A program made the translations under genes and the position numbers. Under the pieces are notes generated by a model. The model ran no database searches and had not been told where the DNA came from. It saw only the letters and a program-made list of their open reading frames with translations. From the human T2T-CHM13v2.0 reference genome, Homo sapiens: a stretch of 64,000 nucleotides of DNA. The stretch lies in NCBI RefSeq assembly GCF_009914755.1, contig NC_060938.1; one strand, written 5' to 3'. Below, one piece after another: positions 31,266 to 51,264 of this stretch; position 1 is the stretch's first letter, and every line of letters starts with the position of its first letter.

Positions 31266-32089
31266 GGGCTAACATGTAAAATGCATTTCTTACTGTGGGC
31301 CAAAGAGGTTTGAGAGCCACTGACTGAGCAAAGAACAGTCTAGTAAAACTCAGAACAAAAAGAATTCTTTGTTTTACTGGGGAGTAAAGATGGAGAAATT
31401 AATAACAGATGCACCATAAAATATAACTGGTTCAAATAATGGTTTTACCATTTCCTGATTAAGTGAACCTTTGAGATGTTATTTAACCCCACCATGCCTC
31501 AATTTCTTCATTTGTAAGATGGGAATAGTATTAACAGTACTTACATTCTAGCCTTGAGGTAAGAATAAATACGAAAATAAGCATAAAGTGTTTTTAGCAC
31601 AGTATTTGCACATAGTGAGCTTACAATATTCATTTTGGCGCTGCTGTTGCTGTTAAACTAGCTATTTAGTAAAATTATTAGTTATGCTGGGAAAATAAAA
31701 TCCTTTTTTAACAGTCAAAAAATTACTCCTGACTTCTTATAATTGCTTTCTATATTATTTATACATTGATTTCTGCTTCTGTCAAACCTATTTGTAGTCT
31801 TAATTCATGTGTCCTCTTGGGGTTAATACTTATTATCTGATGTATTAAATTAGAAGTTGATAGGAATTCTATAACCCCCTTTGAATTCCCACTGATTATA
31901 AATACTGATTTGGTATTACTCAGCTTCCTTCCTGGTCTTATTAATACTACCCAACCTTTACCCCTCCCTCATCAGTCTCTCTACTCCAATATTCACCCTC
32001 CTCCTCTAATCACTGATGCTCAAAAAATGCTCTTACCTTCTTCACAAGCTATTCTTACATTCCTCCTATTTACATCCAAACATCCATGA

Positions 32090-35750
<3,661 letters not shown>

Positions 35751-36377
35751 TATCAATACTAAGTATTTTTCAGATTTATTCATGTTGACACATGTAACTC
35801 TACTTCACTCATTTAAATTGTTGTATAGTTTTCTACTGTATGAAAAACACCAGTTTAACAATTCTCTTTTTCATGGACACTGAGAGTTTGCTTTTAATTT
35901 TTCACCATGAAAAAAATGCTGTTATGATGTTATACATATCACATGAACCTATGAGTTTCTCTAAGAAACTGCCAAATTAATCCTCAAAATAACGGTACCA
36001 ATTTCACTCCCATTGGCGGTGTGTGACAACTGCTTATTGCTCCACTTCCTTAACAACACTTGGTCATCAGACTTCTTAATTTATCCCAACCTAATGAATA
36101 AGTTGCATTTCCCTATTAGTGAGACTGAGTATTGTACTAGTGATTTACATTTTCTTTTTGTAAACTGCGTATGCGTATTCTTTGACTTGTTTTCTATTGA
36201 TTTATATTCACATGTATAATTTACTGTCTCAATATAAATACAGATTATATACATCAACATAAATAATTAAGACTGCCTCAACTCTCAATCCACTACCTAA
36301 AAGCCAAGTATCTCAGTTCTTTATTTGCAAACTAACAACCTCACAGGGTGGTTATATGATGAAATAAGTTTACATAC

Positions 36378-36419
<42 letters not shown>

Positions 36420-36499
36420 ATGTAAACTACATACAAACAAGATATATATACATACACACACACACACACACACACACTTAAAATGCTTAGAAGAGTGGC

Positions 36500-37312
36500 A
36501 CTTCTCAAAAGAAGACATTTATGCAGTTAACAAACATGAAAAAAAGCTCATCATCACTGGTCATGAGAGAAATGCAAATCAAAACCACAATGAGATACCA
36601 TCTCACGCCAGTTAGAATGGCAATCATTAAACAGTCAGGAAACAACAAATGCTGGAGAGGATGTGGAGAAATAGGAATGCTTCTACACTGCTGGTGGGAG
36701 TGTAAACTAGTACAACCATTGTGGAAGACAGTGTGATGATTCCTCAAGGATCTAGAACCAGAATTACCATTTGACCCAGCAATCTCATTACTGGGGTATA
36801 TACCCAAAGGATTACAAATCATTCTACTATTAAGACACATGCACACGTATGTTTACTGCAGCACTATTCACGATAGCAAAGACTTGGAACCAACCCAAAT
36901 GCCCATCAATGATAGACTGGATAAAGAAAATGTGGCACATATATGCCATGGAATACTATGCAGCCATCAAAAAGGATGAGTTCATGTCCTTTGCAGGGAC
37001 ACAGATGAAGCTAGAAACCATTATTCTCAGCAAACTAGCACAGGAAGAGAAAATCAAACACCACATGTTCTCACTCATTAAGTGGGAGTTGAACAATGAG
37101 AACACATGGACACAGGGAGGGGAACATCACACAGTGGGGCCTGTTGGGGGGGTGGGGGACTAAGGGAGGAATAGCATTAGGAGAAATACCTAATGTAGAT
37201 GAGGAGTTGATGGGTGCAGCAAACCACCATGGCACGTGTATACCTATGTAACAAACCTGCATGCTCTGCACACGTATCCCAGAACTTAAAGTATAAAAAA
37301 AAAAAAAAAAAA
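36500..37312 (+). mobile_element. L1PA 3' end with poly(A) tail
   Basis: [29 protein letters not shown]; G-rich 3' UTR; A tail. Confidence 0.95.
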
Positions 37313-37778
37313 GGAGTGTCTGGAACATATTATGTACTATAAAATTATTAGCTACTATTATTTGTTTCATACAATCTTTTGCTAGTAGTATCATTTACAA
37401 ATACTTTATCACTCTGACTTATCTGTTTATTTTGCTAAACTGTGTTTATTAGAGAGGAAAATCTAAGTTTTAATGGAGCCAAATCTTCACTCTTTCCCTT
37501 TGATGTTGATGCTCTTAAAACATTGTTCTTTCCCTGATGCACCATTTCTTCATGAGAAAAGTCTAACTGTCCCTTTCACATCTTCATTTAATCCTACATA
37601 ACAAAAATTTGATCTGCTCAACTTTAATTTAAAGTTATATTCACATTTATTCCTAATTTTAAAATTATTCTGTTCTCCAAAATAAAAATCCTATCTTTTA
37701 TTACAAAAAATAGTTGTTCCTAATCAGAGTAAATTTATATCTTAGTAAAACAAGGTAAGACTTAAAATACAACTACAT

Positions 37779-38143
37779 AGTCAGTTCTCTCTAACTGTAA
37801 GTTCTGTATCTGTGGGTTCTGCATCAGCAGATTCAACCAGCCACAGATCAAAAAATATTCAAGAAAAAAAAAGAGAATGGTTGCATCTGTACTGAATATG
37901 TACTGTCATCATCCCCTAAACACTAAAGTTACAACTATTTACAGAGATTTACGTTGCACTAGGTAATGTAATAATATATATAAATAATTATAAGTAATCT
38001 ACAGACTAATTAAAGTATAAATGAGGATGTGCATAGAATATATGCAAATACTACACACTTTATATAGCAGACTTGAGCATCCACGATTTTGGTATCCTCG
38101 GAGGTTCTGGAATCAATTCCCCACAGATATCAAGGAACAACTG
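37779..38143. mobile_element. MER2/Tigger3-family non-autonomous DNA transposon
   Basis: gacttgagcatccacgattttggtatcc...aactg|TA end, 32 nt from the exon 12 donor. Confidence 0.75.
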
Positions 38144-38175
38144 TATATGTAAAATACATTTACAATCACTCTTAC

Positions 38176-38323
38176 CCTATGACATCTTTCAAAGGCTTGT
38201 TTGGTTTCTTGTAAAAGATTAACCACCACTTCTTGGGATAGAAAAGTCTCCCCATGAGTATCGATACTTGGCCCAAGTGGTAAGTTGGTACGCTGTCTAA
38301 TTCTTTCCTTCAAATCTTGAATA
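38176..38323 (-). CDS. EXOC5: EXOC5 exon 12 (148 nt; IQDLKERIRQRTNLPLGPSID...FERCHR)
   Basis: Overlaps ORF 38113..38313; CTAG acceptor, AGG|GTAAGA donor. Confidence 0.95.
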
Positions 38324-38868
38324 CTAGTACATCATAAAGACAAATGAAAAAAAGAAAACATTTTACTTAGATTTCAACTTTGAGTACTTCCAAACTTAGT
38401 ATATATCAACAACAAAAATGGACCAATAGCCAAGAGACCTAATTTCTAATTCCAATAACTAGTTTTGTGAAATAAAGTTAGCCCTGATATCTAAACGGAA
38501 GATTTTCATCTGATAAATGAGTAGATTTGGACTTCTAATTTCTGAAGTTGCTTTACAATTCAGCCTTACAATTCTGACTCAATAGTAAAACTTGCTGGGT
38601 TTCCTTAGAAAGTGAGCTATTCCAAATAGGTTGGCATTCTAAATAACGAAATAGTCCTGTTTAAAAAGAAACCTTTAAAAGTTTAACAATTTTAAAATAT
38701 AGTCATTTTAAGATTATGCACATTTATTCATGATATTAAAGAAGATATATTAAACATAATTTAGCTATTCTTAATTACTGAGGGTCACCTGAAACACTTA
38801 TATGGGGTATCTTTGGAAGGTTAAACTTTTTTTGCTCTTAGGATATGTAACTTGAGACTACCGTAAAC

Positions 38869-38899
<31 letters not shown>

Positions 38900-39436
38900 A
38901 ATTCCTATTATTCATTAGTTTTCCTCTTCCCTTCCTTGCTACTACCTTTCAGGTATTACCTCTTACTACTAATTTTAACTCTCTCTAATCATTATTTAAT
39001 ACACAACAAAATGGGAAATAAGAAAACTGGTTTCGATATATACATGTGGGGATTCTGGACTTTGAGTCCACCAATGTCATTCTGTCTCTTTTTAGAATCT
39101 GGGTTCCAGGCAGTTAAAGCCTGGTAGCTAAGATGCCAACTATTCTTGGAGCAAGTTATTTTCTTCTAGTCTGTAAATAATTGTAGGCATTAAGGTATTA
39201 ATTTAATAGTTTTTTATGCTAAAGTCTCTGAACAAAACTCATCAATTCAAGGTACTTAAACTACAAACTATTTTCTATTTTTTTCACACCTGCAACAGTA
39301 ACAAAAAAAAGATGCGTTTCCTGGTCAATAACCTGGAACTTATTCTATCGAGAAAAAAAAAAATGAAAGAAACTATGGAACTTTTTATATTACTAGTGTT
39401 CTGCTCGATAGTTTTAAAACATTATTTTTTAATTGA

Positions 39437-39793
<357 letters not shown>

Positions 39794-39947
39794 TAAGAAC
39801 AAGATTTGATCAATAATATAACAATCTGGATTAAAAGAACTCTTCACAGAAAATTCTAATGATAGTCAACATTTGATAATTTGCCCAAATATAATGAAGT
39901 TATTAATGTCTTCAGTTTTAACAGAAGTATTTAACAAAAATACTCAC

Positions 39948-40157
39948 CCTCCTGTGCCAATGGATCTCTTTTGATGGTTTTTCGAATCATAATAGCGCTG
40001 TAGGATCATAGCACTTCTGCTTTTCAAATATCCAGTCTCCACCTCAATATAGTTCTCCAAATAGGAAATGAAAATGGATTTGATAAGCTTAGACAAGAAA
40101 GTCTGTTTATCAGTACCTAAATTAAACTCCATCAGCTTGCTGGAAAGATTGGTGGTT
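39948..40157 (-). CDS. EXOC5: EXOC5 exon 11 (210 nt; TTNLSSKLMEFNLG...KRSIGTG+G)
   Basis: Within ORF 39944..40228; AAG acceptor, AGG|GTGAGT donor. Confidence 0.95.
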
Positions 40158-41108
40158 CTTTTCATGAAAAAGGGGGAGAAAAAGATTAATATACATTTTA
40201 GGTATAGTAACAATATTAAGGAATACAAATTTTTACAACGTGACTTTCATGACTTATGTTAAGCCACCATTTCTTAAACTCTGGGAGAGTACTTATGATG
40301 CAGAGATCAACTCTACAGGGTTACATATAAATACAGTGAAATATTACGAACAACTTTACGGTTTTGAGAACTGTTATAAATTCCTAGGAAAAGAACTTGT
40401 GAGGCAATTAACTAGTCCAGAAATGGCGACAGTGGCAGATTGGCCTCAAGTATGTCTAATGCCATTCATCACATGGGACCCAAAACAGAGTACTGAAAGA
40501 TCTACTGTCTGTTCACCCTCTTTTGTTTTGTCCTTGTGGACTTTCCCTCTAATTTTCTATTTCCCATTGCTGAAGATAGGGTCATAACAGTGTTGTTGTT
40601 GAGATGGACTTCCTCATTACGGTAACTTTGGAAAAACCTTCTCCCAAAATGAAGACACTGAAGAAGAGTAATAGGGTTGGGAAAAGTCAAGGAAAAAAAA
40701 AACCCCACAAGACTCCATATGAAGCTTCTGAGACAATCTCTAAGAGTAACACTGACATTTACAAAAGCACAAGACAAATTCCTACAGAAGATTTAGAGCT
40801 GAAATTGTCATTTGTTAAGATTACATCACTTCCTTTTGCAGTTTCTAAAGTTTTGACTGCAGATAAATGTAATTACACTAATGCTTAGAGAAAAAATAAA
40901 GCATAACATCCAATTCCTGACGTTAATGTATTAAGAATGTTGTACAATACAGTCTTGTACAATATAACTAGTCTATACAGCTAAGCATTTAATGCTAAAA
41001 GGTAAACTGGTGACAAACTTATTCAAAAATACCTGAATACTTCCTTGTTTTTATCAAAAAAATTTAAAAAATCTGTTATCTATTATTTTCTAATCATTAA
41101 AAATTTAC

Positions 41109-41191
41109 CTTGTATACAGATCATAGAGATTTTTGAGATATTGCTCTGCATCGGACTTCCTACATTCTTCTAACTGCTCTTTCACAAAACT
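41109..41191 (-). CDS. EXOC5: EXOC5 exon 10 (83 nt; SFVKEQLEECRKSDAEQYLKNLYDLYT+R)
   Basis: TTTTAG acceptor, AAG|GTAAAT donor. Confidence 0.95.
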
Positions 41192-42184
41192 CTAAAAGAA
41201 AAAGGTTAACATTCTGTTAATTAGGTAAATATTAAATTCTACAACTTCTCAAGATATTTTTCTTTTAAAATTCACTCCACAGTTTTGAACCTTTCTGACT
41301 TACAATCCAATCAAAAAGGCAATTACAGAAAACAAACCAATCATAAAATATTTTAAAACAGGTTTTTACATTTTACCACTTCTCATATTTACCTGTAGAG
41401 GATCTTTATCAGTCTTAGGAATAATACCTTTTCTGTTAAATTGGCCTATTCTGCTCTGTGAGGTGCATCAAAAAAACAAAACTGAGAGTACAAACAATAG
41501 AGTCAATTCCTTAAGGCAGCATCTCCCAAACTGAGTTCCAGGTAACACTAGTGTTCCTTCAGATGTCTATAGGCATTACTCCAAAACAGGGTTTCTTAGA
41601 CAGTAAATGTGTGAAATGCTGTACATTACATCCCCACTTCTAGAGAATGACAATACTATCAAAATTCCTGAATTGTGTTAAAAAAAAAAAAAAGCAAACA
41701 TTTATTGAATGTTGTTTAATCCAGTTGTAAACAGCTTAGGAAATGTTATCTGAAAGTACAGTGATATGGGGGTAAATTAAATTTCTGTGTTTTCCCTTTT
41801 CAGGTTAGTACCATATTATTAAAAATTCTACAGACTGCTCTTGTAATTCTTGTTCAGTTTCACAAATGACATCTATTGGTGAAGGCAGGGACCAAAAAAA
41901 AAGAAAAATCTTCAAGGCTATCTTACCACAATATATTATACTACTACTACGAATACTACACAAATTTCAAGCATGTTCTCTGATGATACTTATTGATTAG
42001 CACTTTCTTCTTGGTGAATACAAAACATTTTTTAAAAAGCATGAGGATTCCTTTCTCCTTAACTAGATTACTATTTCTAAGGTCATTACATAAGTAAACT
42101 AAATTTTAAAAATACTTTTAAAATATAGGGAAAAAATTACATATTGCTTTAAGAACTATTTAATTTGTTACTATTTAAAATTAC

Positions 42185-42325
42185 CTGTAGTTTGATTTCA
42201 AATACATTTTGAATAAGTTTAGCCAGGACTGTTTCTGGATTACTGAAGATATCTCCAACTTGTTTGTTCACTCTTTGACAGAGTATTCCAGCGTCTTCAA
42301 ATATATCATTTCTCAAATAAGCACC
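42185..42325 (-). CDS. EXOC5: EXOC5 exon 9 (141 nt; GAYLRNDIFEDAG...VFEIKLQ)
   Basis: TTTAG acceptor, CAG|GTAATT donor; 104-nt intron 8. Confidence 0.95.
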
Positions 42326-42429
42326 CTAAACAGCAGAGACATTTTATACAGTGAACATATAATTTCTACATGATTTTAAAACAACAATTAGCATAAAATA
42401 ATATCCAACAAAGTGTACTGTTATGTTAC

Positions 42430-42474
42430 CTCCTGGCACTGCTTTATATAAACATCAACACAATGGGAATAACC
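42430..42474 (-). CDS. EXOC5: EXOC5 exon 8 (45 nt; GYSHCVDVYIKQCQE)
   Basis: TTGTAG acceptor, GAG|GTAACA donor. Confidence 0.94.
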
Positions 42475-42952
42475 CTACAAGGAAGAAACACATTGTTATT
42501 ATTCTGATTCAATTATAATAATTATTATTTCAAAAAAAGAAGTGTTATATGTCATAAAGCTATGACTATTTACCAGTAAATGGCCAATAGCAACACCTGT
42601 TGGACTTAAATAAAATTAACTGCAGAAAACCAGTAACTTGATAAAGGTATCGTCTCCCTAGTCACTTTCTATGATAAAATTTATCAGTTGGTACATATCC
42701 TTGTTGAACTTTAGACTAAAACAAGAAAGATGAAGTATGTAACTGAGTTCTTTAGAGTAATTTTTGTCCTATGATCATCTAGCCATCTCCTTCAACTCCA
42801 AAACACACCCACTCACACCCACCCACACACATACACACAAACACACACATACACAGAGAGTCAAGGTCTTGGGAAAAGGTTTTACATATATATATGTATG
42901 TGTTTTATATACATATAAATATATTTATATATATTAAAGTGTGTATATATAC

Positions 42953-42994
<42 letters not shown>

Positions 42995-43011
42995 GTGTAT
43001 ATATATATTTC

Positions 43012-43307
<296 letters not shown>

Positions 43308-44153
43308 TTCTCTAGCATTTGGTTTTCCTTGCAAGAATCTGGACAGTTGTATTCAGCTGGTAGTTTGGAAATTTACTTTTTAAACTAAATGTATTTTAAT
43401 AAAATGTGTTTAAAACAAACTGATTTGTCATTAAGCTCACCATAATGAGATTTTTGCCTATTAATAAATCATACATAAAAACCAGTAAGGAAAGCAATAT
43501 AAAGTGCACTACTGTCTCAAGAGCCATTCTCAATACTCATTCAGATTTTACCAAAATGAAAAGTCCAACAAATAGCTTCCCCTTCCCTAATCTGATACAA
43601 ATCAAAGAAACAGATTGAAGGAAGAACCATTTCTTTAAGCACTTTCTTTGCAGAAATATACTCCTACACAGGGATTCTCTCCCGAGTTCAAATTCTAGGT
43701 AAACAATTCCGTAATACAAAATTCTTTTGTATTACCTCCTGAGGTCCCCTGGATTTAAGTCTCTTACTAGTCATGTTCCATCTACTCTCTGGTTCCTATA
43801 TCCTACAGATATTTACGGTCACGTTTTCTTTCTTTTCACCTATATTATAATATGTGGAAGCAAAAAGGCAGACAATATGATTTTCTTTATCAAAGTATAA
43901 AAATTCATCAATATTTAATTGATCAATTAATTTTAATTCAATATTAATATTATTGAATATAAAACCTTAAATATTAAATATATAACATTCAATACCATTT
44001 ACAGAGTATCAAATGTACAAATTACTCAAAACAGTGAAAATTATCACTGTGATAGTTACATAATGAATGGGGGAAATCAGAGACTATAATATATAGAACT
44101 TACGTAATTTCCATAGCCTTGAACACTATTCATTTTTAATTCCTACTATTTAC

Positions 44154-44263
44154 CTTAAAATGAAGTAAAACTGCTGCTACTTCTCTCATTCTGGAGATTT
44201 CACCTCTTCTTTGAGCACTGGTAAACTCCTGAATCAGCTGGCATTCTAAATCATGGTATTTAC
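44154..44263 (-). CDS. EXOC5: EXOC5 exon 7 (110 nt; S-KYHDLECQLIQEFTSAQRRGEISRMREVAAVLLHFK)
   Basis: TTTTTAG acceptor, AAG|GTAAAT donor. Confidence 0.95.
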
Positions 44264-44675
44264 CTAAAAATAAAGTCATTCAGCTACACTGAGGCATACA
44301 AGGCATCCACGTTATTTAAGAGTATCTACATTATTTACAAATATAATGACTATGAATATAGCTTTCTTTTGAAGGAATTACAAAAACAAATGAGATTATA
44401 GGCCGTGAACCCAGCCCCTGTAATATACTGTGGCATATAAATCTATATTTTCAAGACAAAAAACTTCCAAACTGGCAAAATTACTGAGCTTTCCAGGGTC
44501 TGACTGTCATATGCCATTGTTACTTAAACCAGTAGCTGACTGGAAAAAATCCTCCAGATGCTATTTCTGATAGCAACACACATGAAAAATCCTACACATG
44601 GAAAGGGTGAAGAGGACTACAGAACTCTTTACTAGAGTTCTGATGCCTCTACCTAGAACAATAGTGGACTGATGA

Positions 44676-45044
<369 letters not shown>

Positions 45045-45780
45045 TGAGGCTAGTATGGTTCTTAACGAACACCTGAACTTCAGACCAATCTATTGTGATC
45101 AAAAATATTCCCAGGAAGTCTAACTAGCTGTGTCATCCTTATTCTAAGACTTTTTGGGAATATAGATGAATCTTTGAATCTTCTATGCAGTGGCCTACTC
45201 TAAATAGTGACCCCAGCTACCACAGAACCTGCAAATTTAGTGGTCTTTTCAAAAACCTAGAATGATCTAACCTAAACTAAAATCCAAGACTGGCAAGAAC
45301 CAAACTAATCATGTAAGGAGTTAAATAGATACTGAAATGCTTATATAATCTTAAAAAAAAAAAGAGAGAATCTTATTCAGAGATAGATGTATGGAAAGCA
45401 CAGGATTTCCAAAATGCACTATTAAATTAAAAATGCAAGGTATAAAGCTATTTATATAGTATGGTAGCAATTATTTAAAAATAAATGAGGATAGAAGTAC
45501 ATATAAATATCTATACATACACATACATATGTACACACACACATATATAGAATTTATGTCTTATGCTTGTATATCCATAGATTATTCTGCAAGAATATCC
45601 AAAAAAACTGGTAATGGTTGTTTTGAGGGAAGAGAAATCAAACTCAGGGATCTTCTATGCAGTAGCCTACTAGGGTAGGAAGATGACATTGTTCCTGCTT
45701 TTTCTCCTTTTGCTGTTTTATTTTTACACAAGTAGTTTTTTTACTTATTAAAAAAAAGGTAAAATAAATACATCACTTAC

Positions 45781-45809
45781 TTGCAATTTTGGATTTAACT
45801 TCTGAAAAT
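45781..45809 (-). CDS. EXOC5: EXOC5 exon 6, 29-nt micro-exon (FSEVKSKIA)
   Basis: TTTTTGTCTTTCAG acceptor, CAA|GTAAGT donor; bridges the phases of exons 5 and 7. Confidence 0.93.
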
Positions 45810-46657
45810 CTGAAAGACAAAAACCAACCATGAGGTTTGTTAGTTGTGATAAACATCCTATGGCAATGTAAGATGCTAACCAAATGGGAAACTGGGTGCA
45901 GGAGATACGAGAACCATCTGTACTATCTTTGCAACTTTTCTGTAAATCCAAAACCATTATAAAGTTAAAAGGTTATTGTAAAAAGAAAAAAGACAAAATC
46001 AGAGGAGAGAATTCTGATAGGAAGCATGCCAGGTGATAAAACTTAATGTAGGTAGGTAGCTGGTTCTCATTTAGGAAATTCACATTGAAAATCAATTCTC
46101 TTTTTAAAGAATCAACTGCTCTGCATAAGACACTAACAACCCAGCCAGTCCCAAAACTGACTTACTGTTCTTACTTTTATTTGCTGGCATTTTAAATACA
46201 CTTGATTATTTGTCTCCCTCCCCATTCCCATGGTTGGTATTTTTAAAAATAAAGTTCCATCATTATTATTCAAAAGAAAAAGATGATCAAATAATATATT
46301 ATATGATGATATATTAATGACAAATGATAAGACCCAGCAATGTGCCTAGCAGAGTAGCCATTCAATCTTTACAAATTAAAAAACTAAAATACCACGCAGT
46401 AGAATTTTTTCAAATCTCAAATATCTAAGTGAAATGCATAGCATGAAAAAGAAATATTTTAAGATTGTGTGCAATTGTTTGAAGAGAGAGGAGAGTGGCT
46501 GGCAAAAGAGATGCCAAAGACAAATGAAGAAGGAAACAAAAATCTAGAGTGTTATACAAAAATGATGTATCAAAGTCACAGTAGATCAGATCACATATAA
46601 GGCCATATTAATCTGTGTGAAAAAATTGAATCTATTTAGGATATATATTCAACTCCA

Positions 46658-46698
<41 letters not shown>

Positions 46699-46787
46699 AT
46701 ATTCACCACCACTCAGGTACATACTTCTCTTATGGTTTTGTTTTGGCCTCTTCACCAAGCCTTGGAGTTGAATATATATCCTAATTA

Positions 46788-46858
<71 letters not shown>

Positions 46859-46890
46859 TCATATTCATATATATATGTATATATGCATGT
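46658..46890. repeat. Two (TA)n(CA)n microsatellites
   Basis: Direct reading. Confidence 0.95.
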
Positions 46891-48039
46891 GTGTTCTGGA
46901 GTGGAAAAATAGGATGAAGACAGGGTAGGGGGATGCAGTCAATAATTATTATGAGCCTATTTTGAGCTAGACATTTTACCCATTTAAGTAAATAGTCCAA
47001 TTCTGAAATGACATAAAGTTAAAGAGAAGTTTTGGTGGGTGACTTTAAAAAGTATTACAGTAAGTTAAATCATAATGCTGGGCAACTACCAGATTATTAT
47101 TAAGAATGATAGATGATCATTATTGCTAATTCTTCATGATAATCAGAGTTGAGAATAAAATAGATACATTTTTAGGGGGAATTCATTACATGTTTGGGAG
47201 ATAATGGTTAAGCTAAGTATAGCAATATATCCATATTTTACCTGTTCCTGAAGATCTTCAAGTATGAACAAAAATAACATATTATATGTCTATTACTATG
47301 TATCATTTATAATATATTAAATCATATTTCTTTCAAATATTCACATGGAGGAAGTACTATTTTACCAACAGTTTATTAAAGAGTCTGACATTCCATACAC
47401 TAGAAGAAATCATGAAAAAATTTCCTTCTCAGTGGATAGTTTATTTTAGGATGAAATCTAACTTAGTAATGGCTCTGGGGCCTTGCATTTTAAAAAAAAG
47501 GGGTTCTTAACCTGAAGTCCCTAGGAAGAGTTCTGTGGATAGGCTAGAGTCTAAAACTCCATGAAATTGTATACAATAATCTGTGTGTATCTTAATTTCC
47601 TGAAGAAAGGTGATAGCGTTCATCAGCTTTTCAAAGGTGTCCAAGGCCTCCAAAAGCCTAAGAACCTTCATCAGGAAATAGGAAAAGTGTTCTCTCTATC
47701 CCCTACCTGGTTCTCAAAGTCCAAAGTATGAAAATCCAAATTTAACCTCAGTCGATTTCAAAATTCTCCTTCATCAAATTTTTTTTCAGGAGACAGGGAC
47801 TGAAATTATTTCAAGGCCTATCATTAAATTTAGATATTAAGAAGAGACTGTATTTTTTCAATAAACTATTTTACACTGCATCTTGTACAAAGTGAATAAA
47901 CTAGCAAGTAAATGAACCAGCAAGTGCTCAATAAATTTCCGTTTAATTAATGGGCAAAGAAAATCATACAGGAAAAGATACTATTTTATTTTATAAATTA
48001 TACCACATATTCAAATTAGCTCTTGAGAAATGAACTTGC

Positions 48040-48104
48040 CTATCAAAAGGTAACTCTTGGGCAATTAGGTGCAACTTCTGAATGATGTCTGCTGCTTCCT
48101 TTAT
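48040..48104 (-). CDS. EXOC5: EXOC5 exon 5 (65 nt; IKEAADIIQKLHLIAQELPFD+R), GC donor
   Basis: ATAG acceptor; donor TAG|GCAAGT is required to keep the frame with exon 6. Confidence 0.93.
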
Positions 48105-48604
48105 CTATGAAAAAATAAATAAAAGCAATAATTTAAAAAACTTTTAGGCATATCAAAAAATAATTATATATCTGAAATTAGTAATATCTCCCTGCATGTG
48201 CCCACAGTCCCTTCCCTAAAAAAATTTCCTTTAAAAATCCACAACAAATAAAACTTTATGAGCAACAAGAATACATTTGGGGTGTTACCAATAATGAGTC
48301 AATAATAACATAAACATTTAGCTTTCTGGTACTGAAATTCTGTGATTTTTTTGATGCCACAATCCCTTCCCAATGAAACCTGTAGTTCAAGTTTATTCCA
48401 AAGAAATTTAAATCATTGCTTGCTGAAAGCCAGGTGTAAATCTCAGAATTCTAAGTTTATGAACCCGAAAAGGATAAACGAGATTTATAAAAATAATTTA
48501 GAGCATACTGCCACATATATCCTACTGTAAGTTAAATGCCTGTCATTACTGATCATATGAATTTATAACACTTGTTCTAAAAGAAAATATAAAGTTTAAT
48601 GTAA

Positions 48605-49090
<486 letters not shown>

Positions 49091-49276
49091 TAATGCAGAT
49101 ATCTGTGCTTATTTACACAACAGTTCAGGGGAGTTTACAATGTTCATTTATTCTTTAAATCTCAAACTAGTTCTCAGTTTTACTTTGGCACAATTTTAAT
49201 AATTCATTTTATGAAGATTCATTTTCTTTTACATTTGAAAAAACAGTGAGACTCATAAATACGAAGGAAGAGCTAA

Positions 49277-49599
<323 letters not shown>

Positions 49600-50296
49600 A
49601 ATATAGATTTTTCTAAGTAGGCATGTGAACTCTGACAAGCAACTGTGAATAACAACAGCAGAGCCTCTTCTCCCTTCTTGCTCCAAATTATAGTGAATAT
49701 AGCATTTCTGCTTCAGTCATCCCTTTTCTCCTAGTCAGCAGGTCACTATCATTTTCAACTACCAAACACTCACTCTGTCCTGTTGTATATGGGCACAAAT
49801 ATCACTGCAGTATCTGTCCTCACCATGCCATTTAGTTGTATTAGCAAAATCCATCATTTTCTCCTCACCAATACCCCCTTAATACCCACTTCAGAAATAA
49901 TATACTTGGCACACAGCCTGCTCTATGCTTCCATAAGGAGTTTTTGTTCTTTTAAGAAGTCATCATCATCATTGTGCTATTGCAAACTTTGTTTAATGTA
50001 CTAACTAGTATAGGGGTAAATGGCACTTGTTTATATTGAATTTCCATAGCAAATTATTTTATAAAAATTGTGTAAAGCACAGATATCTCTTAAGGTTACA
50101 ATATACAACATTTAGTCAGTTAAAACATACTACAACAATAAGTAACAAAAGCTGGCAAAACTATATTCTAATAGTTATTGACATTTGGGTGAGGTGAGAG
50201 ACTACCCTTGCTAATAGTGTTAAAGATAATCACAGTCATCAAGTATTATCCACATGAGGAACAATAAGCTGCCATTCTAGGTAAAAAAGAAAAACA

Positions 50297-50679
<383 letters not shown>

Positions 50680-50697
50680 TCAGAATATGAGAAGATT

Positions 50698-50988
50698 CTT
50701 TTTTTTCTTGAGACAGGGTCTGTCTGTCACCCAGGCTGGAGTGCAGTGTGGCAGTCACAGCTCACTGCAGCCTCAACCTCTGGGGCTCAAGCAATCCTCC
50801 TGCCTCAGCCTCCTGAGTGCTAGGATCTATGGACATGTGCCACAACGGTCAGCTAATTTTTTTTTTTTGGTAGAGATGCGGTTTCACCATGTTGCCCGGG
50901 CTGGTTTCAAACTCCTAAGCCCAAGCAATCATCCTGCCTTGGCCTCCTAAAGTGCTGGGATTGCAGGCCTGAGCCACCACACCCAGCC
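50698..50988 (-). mobile_element. AluJ-like
   Basis: Antisense consensus. Confidence 0.92.
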
Positions 50989-51264
50989 AAGATGCCAAAA
51001 AAGAACAATTAAAAAAACAAAAATGACTAGGGGGAAAGAAGGAAAAGAATATGATGTGTTGATATCTTATCCCATTCTAATTCCTCCCACAATCACACAC
51101 TGGTCTAGCTCTGTGGGTGCTTTTTCCTTTTCTTTCCATTGGGAAGGTGATTGGTACAGAGTCCAGAAATTGAGACAGCTAGGAGTTTATCTAATAATTG
51201 GCAATCTAATACTATATGAGTTCTTAAGGATGGCTAACTGGTAGAACTAGGCCAAAAATTAATT

